From the NCBI GenBank assembly GCA_963662465.1, contig OY759599.1, positions 6,144,001-6,208,000 of the forward strand: 64,000 nt of DNA. Direction: 5' to 3'. Shown here in pieces: positions 49,200 through 60,323 of the stretch. The notes beneath the pieces are model-generated. The model did not search any database and was not told where the DNA came from. It saw only the letters and a list, made by a program, of their open reading frames with translations. How positions within the stretch are numbered: position 1 is the stretch's first letter; each line of letters opens with the position of its first letter. Made by a program: the position numbers and the translations under genes. This stretch comes from Desulfatiglandales bacterium. GTDB taxonomy: Bacteria > Desulfobacterota > DSM-4660 > Desulfatiglandales > Desulfatiglandaceae.

Positions 49200-50279
49200 T
49201 CAACTCCGAATTCCGAAACGGCTCAATTGGGCGCTTTGCTCTTTTCCCTTGGGCAATTCCACCGCCTTCAGCAACCGCTCGATCTGATTCGGATCTGGCA
49301 GCTTGCCTTCCAATTCCGCAGGCAGTTTACGGACAATGCGGTAGGCGGCCACACCGATGGGTTTGTTGCTCTCTTTGAGGGCATATTCCACGATGGTGCG
49401 ATTTTTATGGCGGCACAGGATCATGCCGATGGAGGGGGTTTCGTCGGGCATGCGGACACGGTCGTCCAAGACGGCGAGATAGAACTGCATCTTGCCCACA
49501 TGTTCGGGTTTAAAGTCACTGGTTTTCAATTCAACGGCCACCAAGCATTTGAGCAGGCGGTGGTAGAGGAGCAGGTCGATAAAATATTCCTGGCCTTCGA
49601 TCTCCAGGCGGTACTGGCTGCCCATGAAGGCGAACATGCCGCCCATTTCGCGGAGGAAATGCTCGATGCGGGCGATGATGGCGTGTTCAAGCTCTCTTTC
49701 GCTGTGTTCCTCGCCCAGTTCCAGAAAGTCGAAGGTGTATTCATCGCGGATCGCCAGCTTGGCCTGGGGGCTGATGGACTCGGACAGGGTTTCATTGAAA
49801 TTGTTTTGGCCCAGCAGGGTTTTTTCGTAGGTTTGGTCCTCAATGCGAATGGCCAGGACATTCTTGGTCCAACCGTATTTGCGGGTCATACGGAGATAAA
49901 ATTCTCTTTCCAGATCATCCTTGCACTTATCCAGAATGATCAGATTATGGGTCCATCCAATTTCTGCAACCATTGGCTGCAGTTTTTGGTTTTCCCGGTA
50001 ACAAAGATAAAATTGACGCATGTACCAGATGTTTCGTGCCGAAAAACCGCTGAGACCGGGAAATTCTTCACGCAAATCCGATCCCAGCCGTTCCACCACT
50101 GATTTTCCCCAGCTTTTTTCTTGCTGTCGCTCAGCGATGATGCGGCCGATGTCCCAGTATAGGGTGATGAGGTGCAGGTTGACCACTTTTAGGGCGTCGT
50201 ACTGTGCGGTTCGGACCCGTTTTTTGATGGCTTCAAGAGCCGATTTGTAATCGGAAGGGGTGGGTGTTTTTTTAGCCAT
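49200..50279 (-). CDS. YhcG/DUF1016 PD-(D/E)xK nuclease-domain protein
   Basis: LYWDIGR, GFSARNIWYMRQFY, DEYTFDFL, FIDLLLYH..VAVELK, GKMQFYL. Confidence 0.92.
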   Translation of the reverse strand: MAKKTPTPSDYKSALEAIKKRVRTAQYDALKVVNLHLITLYWDIGRIIAERQQEKSWGKSVVERLGSDLREEFPGLSGFSARNIWYMRQFYLCYRENQKLQPMVAEIGWTHNLIILDKCKDDLEREFYLRMTRKYGWTKNVLAIRIEDQTYEKTLLGQNNFNETLSESISPQAKLAIRDEYTFDFLELGEEHSERELEHAIIARIEHFLREMGGMFAFMGSQYRLEIEGQEYFIDLLLYHRLLKCLVAVELKTSDFKPEHVGKMQFYLAVLDDRVRMPDETPSIGMILCRHKNRTIVEYALKESNKPIGVAAYRIVRKLPAELEGKLPDPNQIERLLKAVELPKGKEQSAQLSRFGIRS

Positions 50280-50331
50280 GATTCAATGGACCTCTTCAAG
50301 GAGTTGAGCTGTTTCGTCCATCTTTTCTCCG

Positions 50332-52107
50332 TTATGTCGCCGCCTGTTCCACGATGGCGTCGGCCAACTGGACTTGGGTGTTTTGGGCGGCGTTCAGCCG
50401 AGCTTTCAGAGTATCGTAGATGGCCATAAGTTTATCGACTTTGGCGACGATTCGATGTTGTTCGTCTATAGGAGGCAGAGGTAAAAGCCAATTATTTAAT
50501 GCAACCATACCTATATTTGCTTGATTTGCTGTGCCAGTAGACTGTGCATAAATCTCGTCAAGTAACCGATCTTCTTTAATAACCATGTTGAGAAAATCAG
50601 GTACAATCAGTAACCCTCTTATTATGCACAATCGCTGGTTCAAATATAATTTTCGCGGCTCAAAATGTTCTGGTCGAACTATCAGCGAATATAGATAGTC
50701 TCTTTTGCCTTTTGTACCAGTCATGGTTATCAAAATATTATTTAGTTCAATTTGGTATTCTGAAGTTTCCTCGGCTAAGTTAGCTGGTATGTATACAGGT
50801 TTCTCATCTAACCGAAGAAAATCAGGCCTGATATTACCCATCCGAATTACTTGGTGGTTACCAGAATCGGAAAACGCCGAACTTTTATAAGCGAAGCCCC
50901 CCTGTAAAATAGATAGCGCTCCAAGACGTACCCACTCCCATCCTTTCGGCAGTTCAAACAGCTTTTCATCCTCACCAATTTCCGGTAAAGGTTTTTGCTT
51001 TTTAAATTTACCTTCTTTGATGAGCTGAGCTTTTTCTTTGGCGATTTTTTCCAGCAGAATACTGGCAGGTTCGTCGTTGGGATCTTGGGGAACGAGTTTC
51101 CCCATGACGGCGAGTTGAAGGATGGTTTGTTTTAGATGGTCGATGGTCTGTTCGGTGGTGAACAGGGTGTCGAAGTGGTTGGCGATGCGTTCCCAGGCTT
51201 CGGCAAATTCTCTTTGATCGGCGGCATTGGCGAGGGTGGCGAGCAGGGTTTCCACCAGGGTTTGGTGGGTGGCGTTGCTGTCGGCTTGCTGCTGTTCCAG
51301 TTGGTCGCAGAGGACCATCAGTTCATCGACTTTGGCAACGATGCGACGTTGTTCTGCGAGAGGCGGAAGCGCGACTACGGTTGCTGTAATTTTTTCACGG
51401 GAAATATTTGGCTGCGCCCCACCAGATCCCATTCCAATGAACCTATTCTTATATGCTTTTAACAAAGTTAAAAGAAAGATGTTCGCAAGTCCACTAAATG
51501 GTGTACAAGCGCACACCGCCTGATTTGTTGTCGCAGGAACCTTTAAAATGGATGTCTTTCCAATTGTTGCACCGTACATTGCAACCAAAACATCGCCAGC
51601 TTTATTATTGCGAAGTGAAGTCTCTTTGAGTGCCAATTCCGTAACATATTCTTCTGAAGTGGAGATATAATCACCTACGAGTTCCCCTGACTTAAACCAA
51701 GGGATCTTACCACCAAAATAGTCATGGCGATTCCGTGTCGGAGTCGCTCCCGCTCCCCACTCGCCAAGATCATTCAATCTCACAAATTGCCATCCATTTG
51801 GGAGTTTGAACGGTTTTTCTTCGTCAGCAATTCCTGAAAGCGCTTTTGGCTTTTTGATTTTCTTTTCTTTGACAAGTTGAATTCTTTCCTTGGCGATTTT
51901 TTCCAGTAGGATGCTGGCGGGTTCATCATCGGGATCTTGTGGCAACAGTTTACCCCGTACGGCCAACTCCAGAATCAGCTCACGCAGCTTCTTGATCCCA
52001 TGTGGGCTTTGGCCATTTGAATTTTTCCCGCGACCTCTGCCGCCGTTGGTCTTTGGCGTCTCGGCGGTCGCCCAGATATCCATATGTTCGGTGATCACGC
52101 TTACCAT
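50332..52107 (-). CDS. hsdS: type I R-M specificity subunit (type IB, EcoAI-like)
   Basis: GIKKLRELILELAVRGKL..QDP.DEPAS and its internal repeat, LPP..EQ.RIVAKVD twice, two AT-rich target recognition domains. Confidence 0.93.
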   Translation of the reverse strand: MVSVITEHMDIWATAETPKTNGGRGRGKNSNGQSPHGIKKLRELILELAVRGKLLPQDPDDEPASILLEKIAKERIQLVKEKKIKKPKALSGIADEEKPFKLPNGWQFVRLNDLGEWGAGATPTRNRHDYFGGKIPWFKSGELVGDYISTSEEYVTELALKETSLRNNKAGDVLVAMYGATIGKTSILKVPATTNQAVCACTPFSGLANIFLLTLLKAYKNRFIGMGSGGAQPNISREKITATVVALPPLAEQRRIVAKVDELMVLCDQLEQQQADSNATHQTLVETLLATLANAADQREFAEAWERIANHFDTLFTTEQTIDHLKQTILQLAVMGKLVPQDPNDEPASILLEKIAKEKAQLIKEGKFKKQKPLPEIGEDEKLFELPKGWEWVRLGALSILQGGFAYKSSAFSDSGNHQVIRMGNIRPDFLRLDEKPVYIPANLAEETSEYQIELNNILITMTGTKGKRDYLYSLIVRPEHFEPRKLYLNQRLCIIRGLLIVPDFLNMVIKEDRLLDEIYAQSTGTANQANIGMVALNNWLLPLPPIDEQHRIVAKVDKLMAIYDTLKARLNAAQNTQVQLADAIVEQAAT

Positions 52108-52109
52108 TT

Positions 52110-53591
52110 CTAAGCTGCTCCCCCGTTATTGAGAGCCTCGGCCAGAATGGTTTTGAGCTGATCTTGCAATTGACTAATTTCCCGTTGTTGCCGGGCATAT
52201 TTTTTCAGTAACTCATCCGGATCATGAGTGATCTGTTCCCCCACATGGGGATTTTTAATATCCAGGTTGTAGTTGCGGGCTTTGATATCATCAATGGAGA
52301 CTTTCCAGGCCTGGTCAGTCTCGACCCTTGCGGCAAAGCCGTCCTCCTCGCTGCCCCACCAATCGATTTCGGCCTGGAACTCCTCAAAGCGCATGGGTTT
52401 GGTCTTGTTGTAGCTTTTGACGCCTTTCGGATAGGGGTGCTCATAATACCAGATATGTTCGGTGGGTTGCCCCTTGGTGAAAAAGAGCAGGTTGGTTTTG
52501 ATGCCGGTGTAGGGGTTGAATACCCCGTTCGGCAATCGCACGATGGTGTGGAGGTTGCATTCCATCAGCAACTGTTCCTTGAGGCGGGTTTTCATGCCTT
52601 CGCCGAAGAAAAAGCCGTCGGGGAGCACCACGGCCGCCCGGCCTCGTTTTTTTAAGAGCTTAATGATTAATGCCACAAACAAATCGGCGGTTTCTCGAGT
52701 GCGCAAGGTGGCCGGAAAATTGTTTTCAATGCCGTCTTCTTCCATGCCCCCGAAGGGCGGATTGGTGACGATAACGTGAACCCGATCTTTTTCGCTGTAA
52801 TCCTTGTACGGGCGGCTTAATGTATTGTCATGCTTGATATTGATGGGGGTGTCGATGCCGTGCAGGATCATATTGGTGATACAGAGCATGTAGGGCAGGG
52901 ATTTTTTGTCGACCCCACGGATGGAGGCTTGCAGCGTTTCTTCATCCTCTGCCGTGTTGACATAGCTCTCTCTCTTATGTTCAATGGCGCAGGTCAAAAA
53001 ACCGCCGGTGCCGCAGGCCGGGTCGAGTACGGTTTCGTCCAACCTCGGAGCAACCCGGTTGACGATGAATTTTGTGACGGCCCGGGGGGTGTAAAACTCT
53101 CCGGCATTTCCGGCGCTTTGCAGGTCTTTGAGGATCTGCTCGTAGATGGCGCCGAAGGTGTGCCGGTCCTTTTGGGTGTTGAAGTCGATCTCGCAGATTT
53201 TATTGATCACCTGGCGCATCAAAGTGCCGGACTTCATGTAGTTGTAGGCGTCTTCAAATACGTCCCGCACCACCAACGCCCGCTTGCCTTCCGGGCCGTG
53301 GGCGCCGAGTTTGTTCTTTAAGGTCGGGAAGAGCTGCAGGTTGACAAAATCGGAGAGTTCGTCGCCGGTCATGCCTTCCGGGTCTTTGGCCCAGGATTGC
53401 CAGCGCAGATGACCCGGCAGCGGGGATTTATAGTCGTCTTCAAGAAGTTCCAATTCGTCTTCCCGGTCATCAAAGATTTTAAGGAAAAACATCCAGACCA
53501 ACTGGCTGATGCGCTGAGCGTCGCCATCGACGCCGACATCTTTACGCATGATATCTTGAATGGATTTGATGATGCCTGAAACATTGCTCAT
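52110..53591 (-). CDS. hsdM: type I R-M m6A methyltransferase
   Basis: [37 protein letters not shown]. Confidence 0.95.
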   Translation of the reverse strand: MSNVSGIIKSIQDIMRKDVGVDGDAQRISQLVWMFFLKIFDDREDELELLEDDYKSPLPGHLRWQSWAKDPEGMTGDELSDFVNLQLFPTLKNKLGAHGPEGKRALVVRDVFEDAYNYMKSGTLMRQVINKICEIDFNTQKDRHTFGAIYEQILKDLQSAGNAGEFYTPRAVTKFIVNRVAPRLDETVLDPACGTGGFLTCAIEHKRESYVNTAEDEETLQASIRGVDKKSLPYMLCITNMILHGIDTPINIKHDNTLSRPYKDYSEKDRVHVIVTNPPFGGMEEDGIENNFPATLRTRETADLFVALIIKLLKKRGRAAVVLPDGFFFGEGMKTRLKEQLLMECNLHTIVRLPNGVFNPYTGIKTNLLFFTKGQPTEHIWYYEHPYPKGVKSYNKTKPMRFEEFQAEIDWWGSEEDGFAARVETDQAWKVSIDDIKARNYNLDIKNPHVGEQITHDPDELLKKYARQQREISQLQDQLKTILAEALNNGGAA

Positions 53592-55933
53592 GCAGATAGC
53601 TCCTGTTGAAATAATTCTTGTTCAAGTTCTTGAACGGCGTTTTCGTATTGGGTTTTGCCGCCGAACACCTGATTGATAATCTCCATGGGGGTGCCCATAT
53701 GGCTGAAGGGTTTGAGCTTGAGTACTTTTGCGTTTTCGATGGTGAGAATGCCCTCATCGGCATATTTATCGAGGAGCGCATTTAGCACCGCTCTTGCCTG
53801 TTCGCCGTATTTTGTGAAGTAGTTTCGCTTTTTGACGTTGTTGACCCGCTCTTTTCGAGTGAGCGGGGGCTGATCATAGGCGATATGGCATATCAAGTCA
53901 AAGTCGCCATACTCTTTGCCAATGGTTTCCTTCAAGTTGTCCAGAATGATGCCGTGATCTTCAAGCAATTCGATGATGGCCTGTTTTTTCCCGGCAGTGT
54001 TCCAGGTTCGAAGGAATGCATCCAGGGAAACGAACTCGGATTTGATCTGTTTACGGGTGAAATCTCGGTAAGACTCGGTAATCAGATTGCCGTCCGGGCC
54101 GTAGTATTCAACACGTTCCGCAATAATTTTGACCGGGATGCCGTTAAACACATATTTTTTCGTGCCGTAGCGATTATCGTCGTCATTGTCCTCATCATCC
54201 GGGTCATTCGGATCGGGCGGAACGGGATCATCGTCATCACCCGGTTCATAAATTACCACGGGCTCACCATCGAAATCCGGATCTCTGAAGAGTTCGGTCG
54301 CTTTTTTGAAATCCATGATGGTGAAAAAGTATTTGTTGAATTCTTCCTCTATGCGGGTGCCCCGGCCGATAATCTGCTTAAACATGGTCATGGAGCGGAT
54401 GGTTTTATCCAGCACAATGACCTTACAGGTTTTTGCATCGACACCGGTTGTCAACAGTTCCGATGTGGTGACGATGACGGGGAATTTGCTTTCGGGGTCG
54501 ATAAAATTATCCAGCTCCGCCTTACCTTCGATACTGTCGCCGGTGATGCGCATAACGTATTTGGGGTTGTCGAGGGCGAGCTGCCCCGCGGCATTGATGA
54601 TGGCTGCGCGCATACGTTCCGCATGGTCAATGTTTTCACAGAAGACAATGGTTTTTGCGAATGGATCGGTTGCGTTAAGGAGCTTCATCACCCGGTTTGC
54701 AACGCGCTTTGTTCGTTGGTTCAGGACGAGGATGCGATCCATGTCTTTCTGATTGTAGGTACGCTCTTCGATTTCACGACCAAGATCATCCGTCATGCCG
54801 GGAGGGGGTGTCCAGCCGTAGAGATCCTTGTCCATATCAATGCGCACCACCTTATAGGGTGCGAGAAAACCGTCTGCAATCCCCTGCTTCAGGCTGTAGG
54901 TGTAAACCGGTTCGCCAAAATAGGATATATTTGAAACGTATTTGGTTTCCTTGGGTGTGGCGGTCATACCGATCTGTATGGCGCCGGAAAAATATTCAAG
55001 GATTTCGCGCCAGGCGGAATCATCGGCGGCGCTCCCCCGGTGGCATTCATCGATAACGATCATGTCGAAGAAATCAGGGGAAACATTTTTGAATATCTTA
55101 TCTTCTTCGTCCGGCCCCGTTATGGCCTGATAGAGGCCCAGGTGGATTTCATAGGCCGGATCAATCTTCCGGTTTTTGATCTTGGTCATCACCGACCCGA
55201 ATGGCTTGAAATCATTCACCAGGGTTTGATCGGCCAGAATATTCCGGTCCACCAGAAACAGGGCTCTCTTGACGAGTTTTGCCTTCCAGAGCCGCCAGAT
55301 GATTTGAAATGTCGTATAGGTTTTCCCTGTGCCCGTGGCCATCACAATTAAGATGCGCTTTCGGCCACCCGCGACCGCTTCAACAACCCGATTGATGGCT
55401 TCCACCTGGTAGTAACGGGGCTCTTTCCCTGAACTGTCTGTGTGATAAGGTTGCAAAAGCAGTTCTTCCGATGTGTCTTCGATGCCGCGATAGGTCTTGT
55501 AGCGCTGCCACAGTGTTTGCGGCGGCGGAAATCGGTCAAGGGGGAATTGGGTTTCGATATCCTCATCGGCGGCAGGCGCCTTGTTATGTGAGGAGAAGGT
55601 ATCGCCATTAGAACTGAAGGCACTCGGCACTTCCAGTATTTCCGCGTATCCCAAAGCCTGCTGTATCCCCTGGCTTACGGTGTGCTTATTGTCCTTGGCT
55701 TCTACTACGGCAATGGGGACGCCGGGCTCCTGATAAAGCACGTAGTCCGCGAATTTCTTCTTTTTCTTATTGCGGGATGACATATTACCCCTGACAATGA
55801 TGGGGCCCGGTGTGAGCGTCACCTCGCGGCGGATTTGGTTTCTTGAATCCCACCCGGCATCTTTAATGGCAGGGGTGATGAACAAATCACAGATATCGAT
55901 TTCGCTTAAGTTTTTCTTATTGATTTTGTCCAA
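53588..55933 (-). CDS. hsdR: type I R-M restriction subunit (EcoAI/EcoEI-like)
   Basis: ADYVL..VVEAK nuclease motif, [26 protein letters not shown]; start moved to TTG 55933 with a GAGGTG RBS. Confidence 0.94.
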   Translation of the reverse strand: MDKINKKNLSEIDICDLFITPAIKDAGWDSRNQIRREVTLTPGPIIVRGNMSSRNKKKKKFADYVLYQEPGVPIAVVEAKDNKHTVSQGIQQALGYAEILEVPSAFSSNGDTFSSHNKAPAADEDIETQFPLDRFPPPQTLWQRYKTYRGIEDTSEELLLQPYHTDSSGKEPRYYQVEAINRVVEAVAGGRKRILIVMATGTGKTYTTFQIIWRLWKAKLVKRALFLVDRNILADQTLVNDFKPFGSVMTKIKNRKIDPAYEIHLGLYQAITGPDEEDKIFKNVSPDFFDMIVIDECHRGSAADDSAWREILEYFSGAIQIGMTATPKETKYVSNISYFGEPVYTYSLKQGIADGFLAPYKVVRIDMDKDLYGWTPPPGMTDDLGREIEERTYNQKDMDRILVLNQRTKRVANRVMKLLNATDPFAKTIVFCENIDHAERMRAAIINAAGQLALDNPKYVMRITGDSIEGKAELDNFIDPESKFPVIVTTSELLTTGVDAKTCKVIVLDKTIRSMTMFKQIIGRGTRIEEEFNKYFFTIMDFKKATELFRDPDFDGEPVVIYEPGDDDDPVPPDPNDPDDEDNDDDNRYGTKKYVFNGIPVKIIAERVEYYGPDGNLITESYRDFTRKQIKSEFVSLDAFLRTWNTAGKKQAIIELLEDHGIILDNLKETIGKEYGDFDLICHIAYDQPPLTRKERVNNVKKRNYFTKYGEQARAVLNALLDKYADEGILTIENAKVLKLKPFSHMGTPMEIINQVFGGKTQYENAVQELEQELFQQELSA

Positions 55934-56188
55934 AACGCACCTCTTTTCCAAAGACTCAGGCGTACGCTTACCGATTTGGTTTATGGTTGTGAGCATATGC
56001 CCAACATCGGGAGTTGTCAATAATTGTATGGGGGTGGTAGTGGGAAATTGTCCATTAAATGTGAAGGGTTTAAGCCTTGATTGTGCCCGTTCCCCACCGT
56101 GGTTGTTCAGTAGCGGGGCAGGCACGGGGGGTGGTCGGTAAGGCGGGGTTGGGACTCGCAACATAACGTCCCGCGGTCCCGTTGCGGT

Positions 56189-56485
56189 TTACCTGATGGA
56201 ATGGATTTCATCCATGACGTGGATGTCGGGTTTTCCCGCAAGGAGTCCACCGATTTTGCCAAAGAAGGCCTTGAAATGCGGTGTGGCGGAGTGATAATCA
56301 AGGGCCGCCTTGTCGCTGTAACGTTCCAGAATGACAATCGTGTTGGGATTGGCCTCATCCCGATTCATGGTATAGGAGAGGGTTCCCTCTTCCCCGGCTA
56401 CACCCGTCATGAGTTCTTTGATGAGGTCGATGGCATTATCAACCTTTCCCTCTTGAATGGACAGCTTCGCAATAACTCCGATCAT
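56189..56485 (-). CDS. antibiotic biosynthesis monooxygenase (ABM / putative quinol monooxygenase)
   Basis: EEGTLSY, ILERY..KAALDYHSATPHF; AAAGGAG RBS. Confidence 0.88.
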   Translation of the reverse strand: MIGVIAKLSIQEGKVDNAIDLIKELMTGVAGEEGTLSYTMNRDEANPNTIVILERYSDKAALDYHSATPHFKAFFGKIGGLLAGKPDIHVMDEIHSIR

Positions 56486-56525
56486 TTTACACACTCCTTT
56501 GTTTAGGTTTCTTTGTTCCTCTTAT

Positions 56526-57944
56526 TTATTTTTTCGTCTTTTCAAAGCGTCCCCCGGAGACGGCCGGGTCATTGGGGTAACCGAGGCCCTCAAAATCCAT
56601 GACCCCGTCAGGTCCGTGACAATGGGTACAGGAAAGGGCTTTCTTTTTGGGAACCACCCCGTGGTTGATGGGCCAGTGCATGAGGGTATTGACGAATTTG
56701 ATTTTGCCGCTGTATTTGAGCCCGGCTTCCTTCATGCCGTCCGCCGCGGCCCGGTTCCAGTCAAAATGCGTCCAGAAACCCTCCCACAATTTGGGCACAA
56801 TGAGGTAGCCGTATTCGGCATCGGCCGGCTGTATGCCGGAAAACAGTTTGTAAGGTGTAATCCTGGCGGTTGGATCGCTGATGTCGCCAACCGGCGGATT
56901 CAGCTGCGTTACGCCATTGGCATTGATGGCATCCCCGTTCAAATACCGCCGATGCTTGCCGTTGTTCCAGGCATAGACCGGCTGAACGTTCTGTCGTTTG
57001 ATGAGAACACCCTTCTTTTTGCTGTGGGTGGCGATAACGTCGGGATCCTTCGGCAACAGCTCAACGGCCTTTCCCGCCTTGGACCAGTCCCAGAACATGA
57101 GGGTGGGCTTGTCCCTGGCAAATGTGGGAATATGACAGGTCTGACACGCGACGGTGTCGCAATGGGCATTCAGGGTCTTGAGCAGGGGGTGATCATCATC
57201 ATGGGGCTTTTCGTCGTGACAGTCCGTGCAGGAGACGCGCCCCTCGCTGACGGATGAGGTAACGCTGGCCCCCGAAATTTTATGTTTAAGGGTCACATGG
57301 CATTCCTGGCAGGTAAAATCCTGGCCGCCCATGTGAATATCCTGTAAGGCAGTGGGATGCTTCAGGGTGCTGTCCAGATCCCCGTGCTTGATGGCATCCC
57401 CGCCGCCGCCGAACCAGTGGCATGATCCGCAATTGGCGCGGGTGGGAAGCCCCACCTGTCGCGCGATTTTGACCAGGTCGAGACCTTGTTTTTCATGCCC
57501 GCAGTCCGTGGATGTTTTGGCGTATGTGCCCGTGGTATCGTGACAGACCAGGCAGTCAATGCGCGTGGGATCCGTGAAATCAAATTTTTTGTCCTTCCAT
57601 CCGTAGCCTGCGTGGCAGCTGGTACACCTGCACCAGTTGGAGATGGGGCTCATTCAGAAATTGTTGATCAGTACCCGTTTGCCCAGATCCGTGCGGTGTT
57701 CGTGACCCTGCACATGGGGACTGGGTCCCTGCCACAACCAGTGGGCCGATTGAAGTATTTCATCCGCCTGTTTCCGGTGACATTTGAGGCAGTCTTTCGT
57801 CACCGCCATGCCATTGGCATAGGGGCCCTTTAAACGATTTTGGTGATTGGAAAGACCGGAGTCGGTTTTTTGGGCCATGGAGAGACCCGTATGGATGCAG
57901 AAGGTCAGGATTAAAAGCAATATCGCAAACAAGGTTTTTTTCAT
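56526..57944 (-). CDS. octaheme tetrathionate-reductase-family cytochrome c, predicted selenoprotein (472 aa, U97)
   Basis: Two abutting in-frame track ORFs joined across a single TGA (57656-57654): signal peptide, CLKCH, HWLWQG, LGK.VLINNF-U-MSPISNWCRCTSCHAGYGW; 8 CxxCH in total; SECIS-like hairpin at 57619-57636. Confidence 0.88.
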
Positions 57945-59638
57945 TTTTGATTTTCTCCCAACGATTTGATCGGTTTCAGGTGAACAAAAGACCAGAGATT
58001 GCCGATACCCCCGGGCATCTTTACCCAGCCTTGGAAACGATCGTTTCGGGCTGCCTCTACCCTGGGTCCCGTGTACAGGGGAATGCAGGGAGTTTCCCGT
58101 GCAATAAGTGTCTGCATATCAAAAACCATAGCTTTTCTTCGGTCCGGGTTCCTTTCCCGAGACGCTTTTTCCGCCAGTTCATCAAAGGCGGCGTTTCGAA
58201 AACGGGCATGGTTTTTTCCGCCCGGTAAAGCCTCCGAGCTGTGGAAAAAAGTTTTGAGATAATCCGGATCATCGGAAAGGTTGGTCCATCCTATGATGCA
58301 GGTATCAAAGTCCCCTTTTCTGAGGTGTGCAATGGTCTGGTGCAGGGACTGCATTCGTGTAGATACCGGGATGCCGATTTTTGAGAGGGTCTTCTTGATT
58401 TGCAGGGCCACTTTTAGTCGAAAGGGCCTGTGCCAGCCCCGGGTGGTCAGGATTTCCATGGGCTTCATCTTTTGGCCGTCGGGCAGGATAAGACGTGCTT
58501 TGCCCCAGGAATATCCCGCTTTTTGAAGGATCATTTTGGCCTGGTTGACCCGTTCCTCCGAAGTCAATCCAGCCCCGGGATCCGTCACATGGGGGTTGGA
58601 CCAGAAGGTGTTTTGGGGTGGAATGACACTATATACCGGTGTGCCTTGCCCCTTTAAAATCCGTCTGATAATCTGGCCCCTGTCCACCAAAAGGGCCACG
58701 GCCCGGCGAAACGCGGGATCACTGTAGGGGGCTCGTTCCAGGTTAAAGGTAAGATAGTCATAGCCGGTTCGGTTTGTGCGATAGATCGTTACATGGGGCA
58801 TTTTGGAAATTTGGGATATAAAATCAAGGGGCAGATCCCACCAGATAAAGTCTATTTTGCCTGATACCAGTTCGTTCAAGGATTTTTGAACATCCTGGTT
58901 GAAATCCAGAATGATGGTGGTCAGGTAAGGGCCCACGGAAATGCCTTCTATCTTATGCCCCCGACCAAAAAAATGAGGGTTTTGCTTGAGTACCATAAAG
59001 AACGGTTCGGTGTAGGTTTGCAGAAAAAAAGGACCATTGCTGGAGACGGTTTGCGGTGTAAAGGCGGTAAGGGTTTTAAGGGGATTATGGGTGGTCCGGG
59101 CCGAAAGTACCATTTGCGACCATCTCTTTTTCTGTACAAAGGGCGCGAAAAGTGCCCGCTTAAAAAAGCCGGGACTGGGTCCTTTCAGGGTAAAGCGCAG
59201 GGTCCGTTCATCCAGTGCCTCCATTTTTGCCACATCCTGCCATTTTTCCATATGGCCGGGGACCTGGAATTCCTGAATGGTCTTTACCGTAAACATCAAA
59301 TCCTCCACCGTCACTGGTGAACCGTCATCCCATTTTGCCTCTCGAAGTCGAATGGTGACGCTGTTGGGCAGATCCCCCGGCGTTGGCGGGGATTCCGCCA
59401 GCCAGGGGATCATCCTTCCATCCGCCGGTCCCTTAACATAAAGGGACATGAGGAAAAGCCGAAGAACCTTTTGAGACCAGGCATCGGTCGCGTCGAAATA
59501 GTTCAGGGATTTCGGACGATTCGGCATGGCAATATGAATGCTGTCTTCAACGGCATTTGTCAAACCGGACTGAAATGTCAGGAAAACGATGATGAAACAA
59601 AAAACGGCTCTTCTCAAAATATTCCCTTTGTGCTGCAT
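57941..59638 (-). CDS. ABC transporter substrate-binding protein (family 5), orphan
   Basis: Signal peptide, PWLAES, LREAKWDDGSPVTVEDLMFT, FNLERAPYSDPAFRRAVA; stop overlaps the cytochrome ATG. Confidence 0.88.
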   Translation of the reverse strand: MQHKGNILRRAVFCFIIVFLTFQSGLTNAVEDSIHIAMPNRPKSLNYFDATDAWSQKVLRLFLMSLYVKGPADGRMIPWLAESPPTPGDLPNSVTIRLREAKWDDGSPVTVEDLMFTVKTIQEFQVPGHMEKWQDVAKMEALDERTLRFTLKGPSPGFFKRALFAPFVQKKRWSQMVLSARTTHNPLKTLTAFTPQTVSSNGPFFLQTYTEPFFMVLKQNPHFFGRGHKIEGISVGPYLTTIILDFNQDVQKSLNELVSGKIDFIWWDLPLDFISQISKMPHVTIYRTNRTGYDYLTFNLERAPYSDPAFRRAVALLVDRGQIIRRILKGQGTPVYSVIPPQNTFWSNPHVTDPGAGLTSEERVNQAKMILQKAGYSWGKARLILPDGQKMKPMEILTTRGWHRPFRLKVALQIKKTLSKIGIPVSTRMQSLHQTIAHLRKGDFDTCIIGWTNLSDDPDYLKTFFHSSEALPGGKNHARFRNAAFDELAEKASRERNPDRRKAMVFDMQTLIARETPCIPLYTGPRVEAARNDRFQGWVKMPGGIGNLWSFVHLKPIKSLGENQK

Positions 59639-59642
59639 GACA

Positions 59643-60323
59643 TCACCCCTTGCCCGGCATCCGGTCCGGTTGCATAACGTCTGTGAATATTGAACTTTCC
59701 TTCTTCCATAAAGAAATATCATTTTCGAGCCTTTGGAAGGCACTAAGTTGCCGCAGTGGCGAGAAATCGGAAATCAATTCTGTGATGCGAATGCGGCATT
59801 CCGCCGTGTTAAACCCTTTTAACCGCCTGCCTCTAAGTCCACTGGCTTTACGTAAGATTTCAAAGAGGATATTTTTCGGGTCCGGGATTTGTTCAACTAC
59901 GGATAGATCAGGTATTTTTAATGGATTTTTTCCGTTGGGATTACCAGCCGCAAGCCTGATTGCGGGTTCGTCGAAAAGCAACCACGCTTCCGTCATTCTT
60001 ATCGGCACCACGCAGACAGTCGGTAATTGAAATCCCCGTTTGGCTGCTTCCTGGAGTGCATCGCGGATTTCCCCGTAGCGCGTTTCCGGTTCTTCTCTTT
60101 CGGCATCTCTATGTACAAAAAGCAAATCGGATGGAAAAAGATCTATAGCGGATAAAATACGTTCATGCAGGCTTTTCGGAGGTTGAGGCAAACGACGCAA
60201 ATCAGCCCATTCAGGTTGCACCCGTTTTACGTCGCCTTTTTGCCTCAGGACCCAGGTGAGGATGGGGAGCAATGCGCGATCCGAAGGTCCGTCGGCAATC
60301 AATGTATACCGAAGCTCATCCAT
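59643..60323 (-). CDS. DUF4276/TOPRIM-like protein, partner of the ATPase
   Basis: LIADGPSD, FVHRDAE, VPIRMTEAWLL, E.IPDPK, LSAFQRLE. Confidence 0.7.
   Translation of the reverse strand: MDELRYTLIADGPSDRALLPILTWVLRQKGDVKRVQPEWADLRRLPQPPKSLHERILSAIDLFPSDLLFVHRDAEREEPETRYGEIRDALQEAAKRGFQLPTVCVVPIRMTEAWLLFDEPAIRLAAGNPNGKNPLKIPDLSVVEQIPDPKNILFEILRKASGLRGRRLKGFNTAECRIRITELISDFSPLRQLSAFQRLENDISLWKKESSIFTDVMQPDRMPGKG

Noticed and set aside
56082..56125. Imperfect GC-rich hairpin upstream of hsdR as an ncRNA or island end
   Set aside because: The pairing is imperfect and adequately explained as the terminator of the ABM gene.
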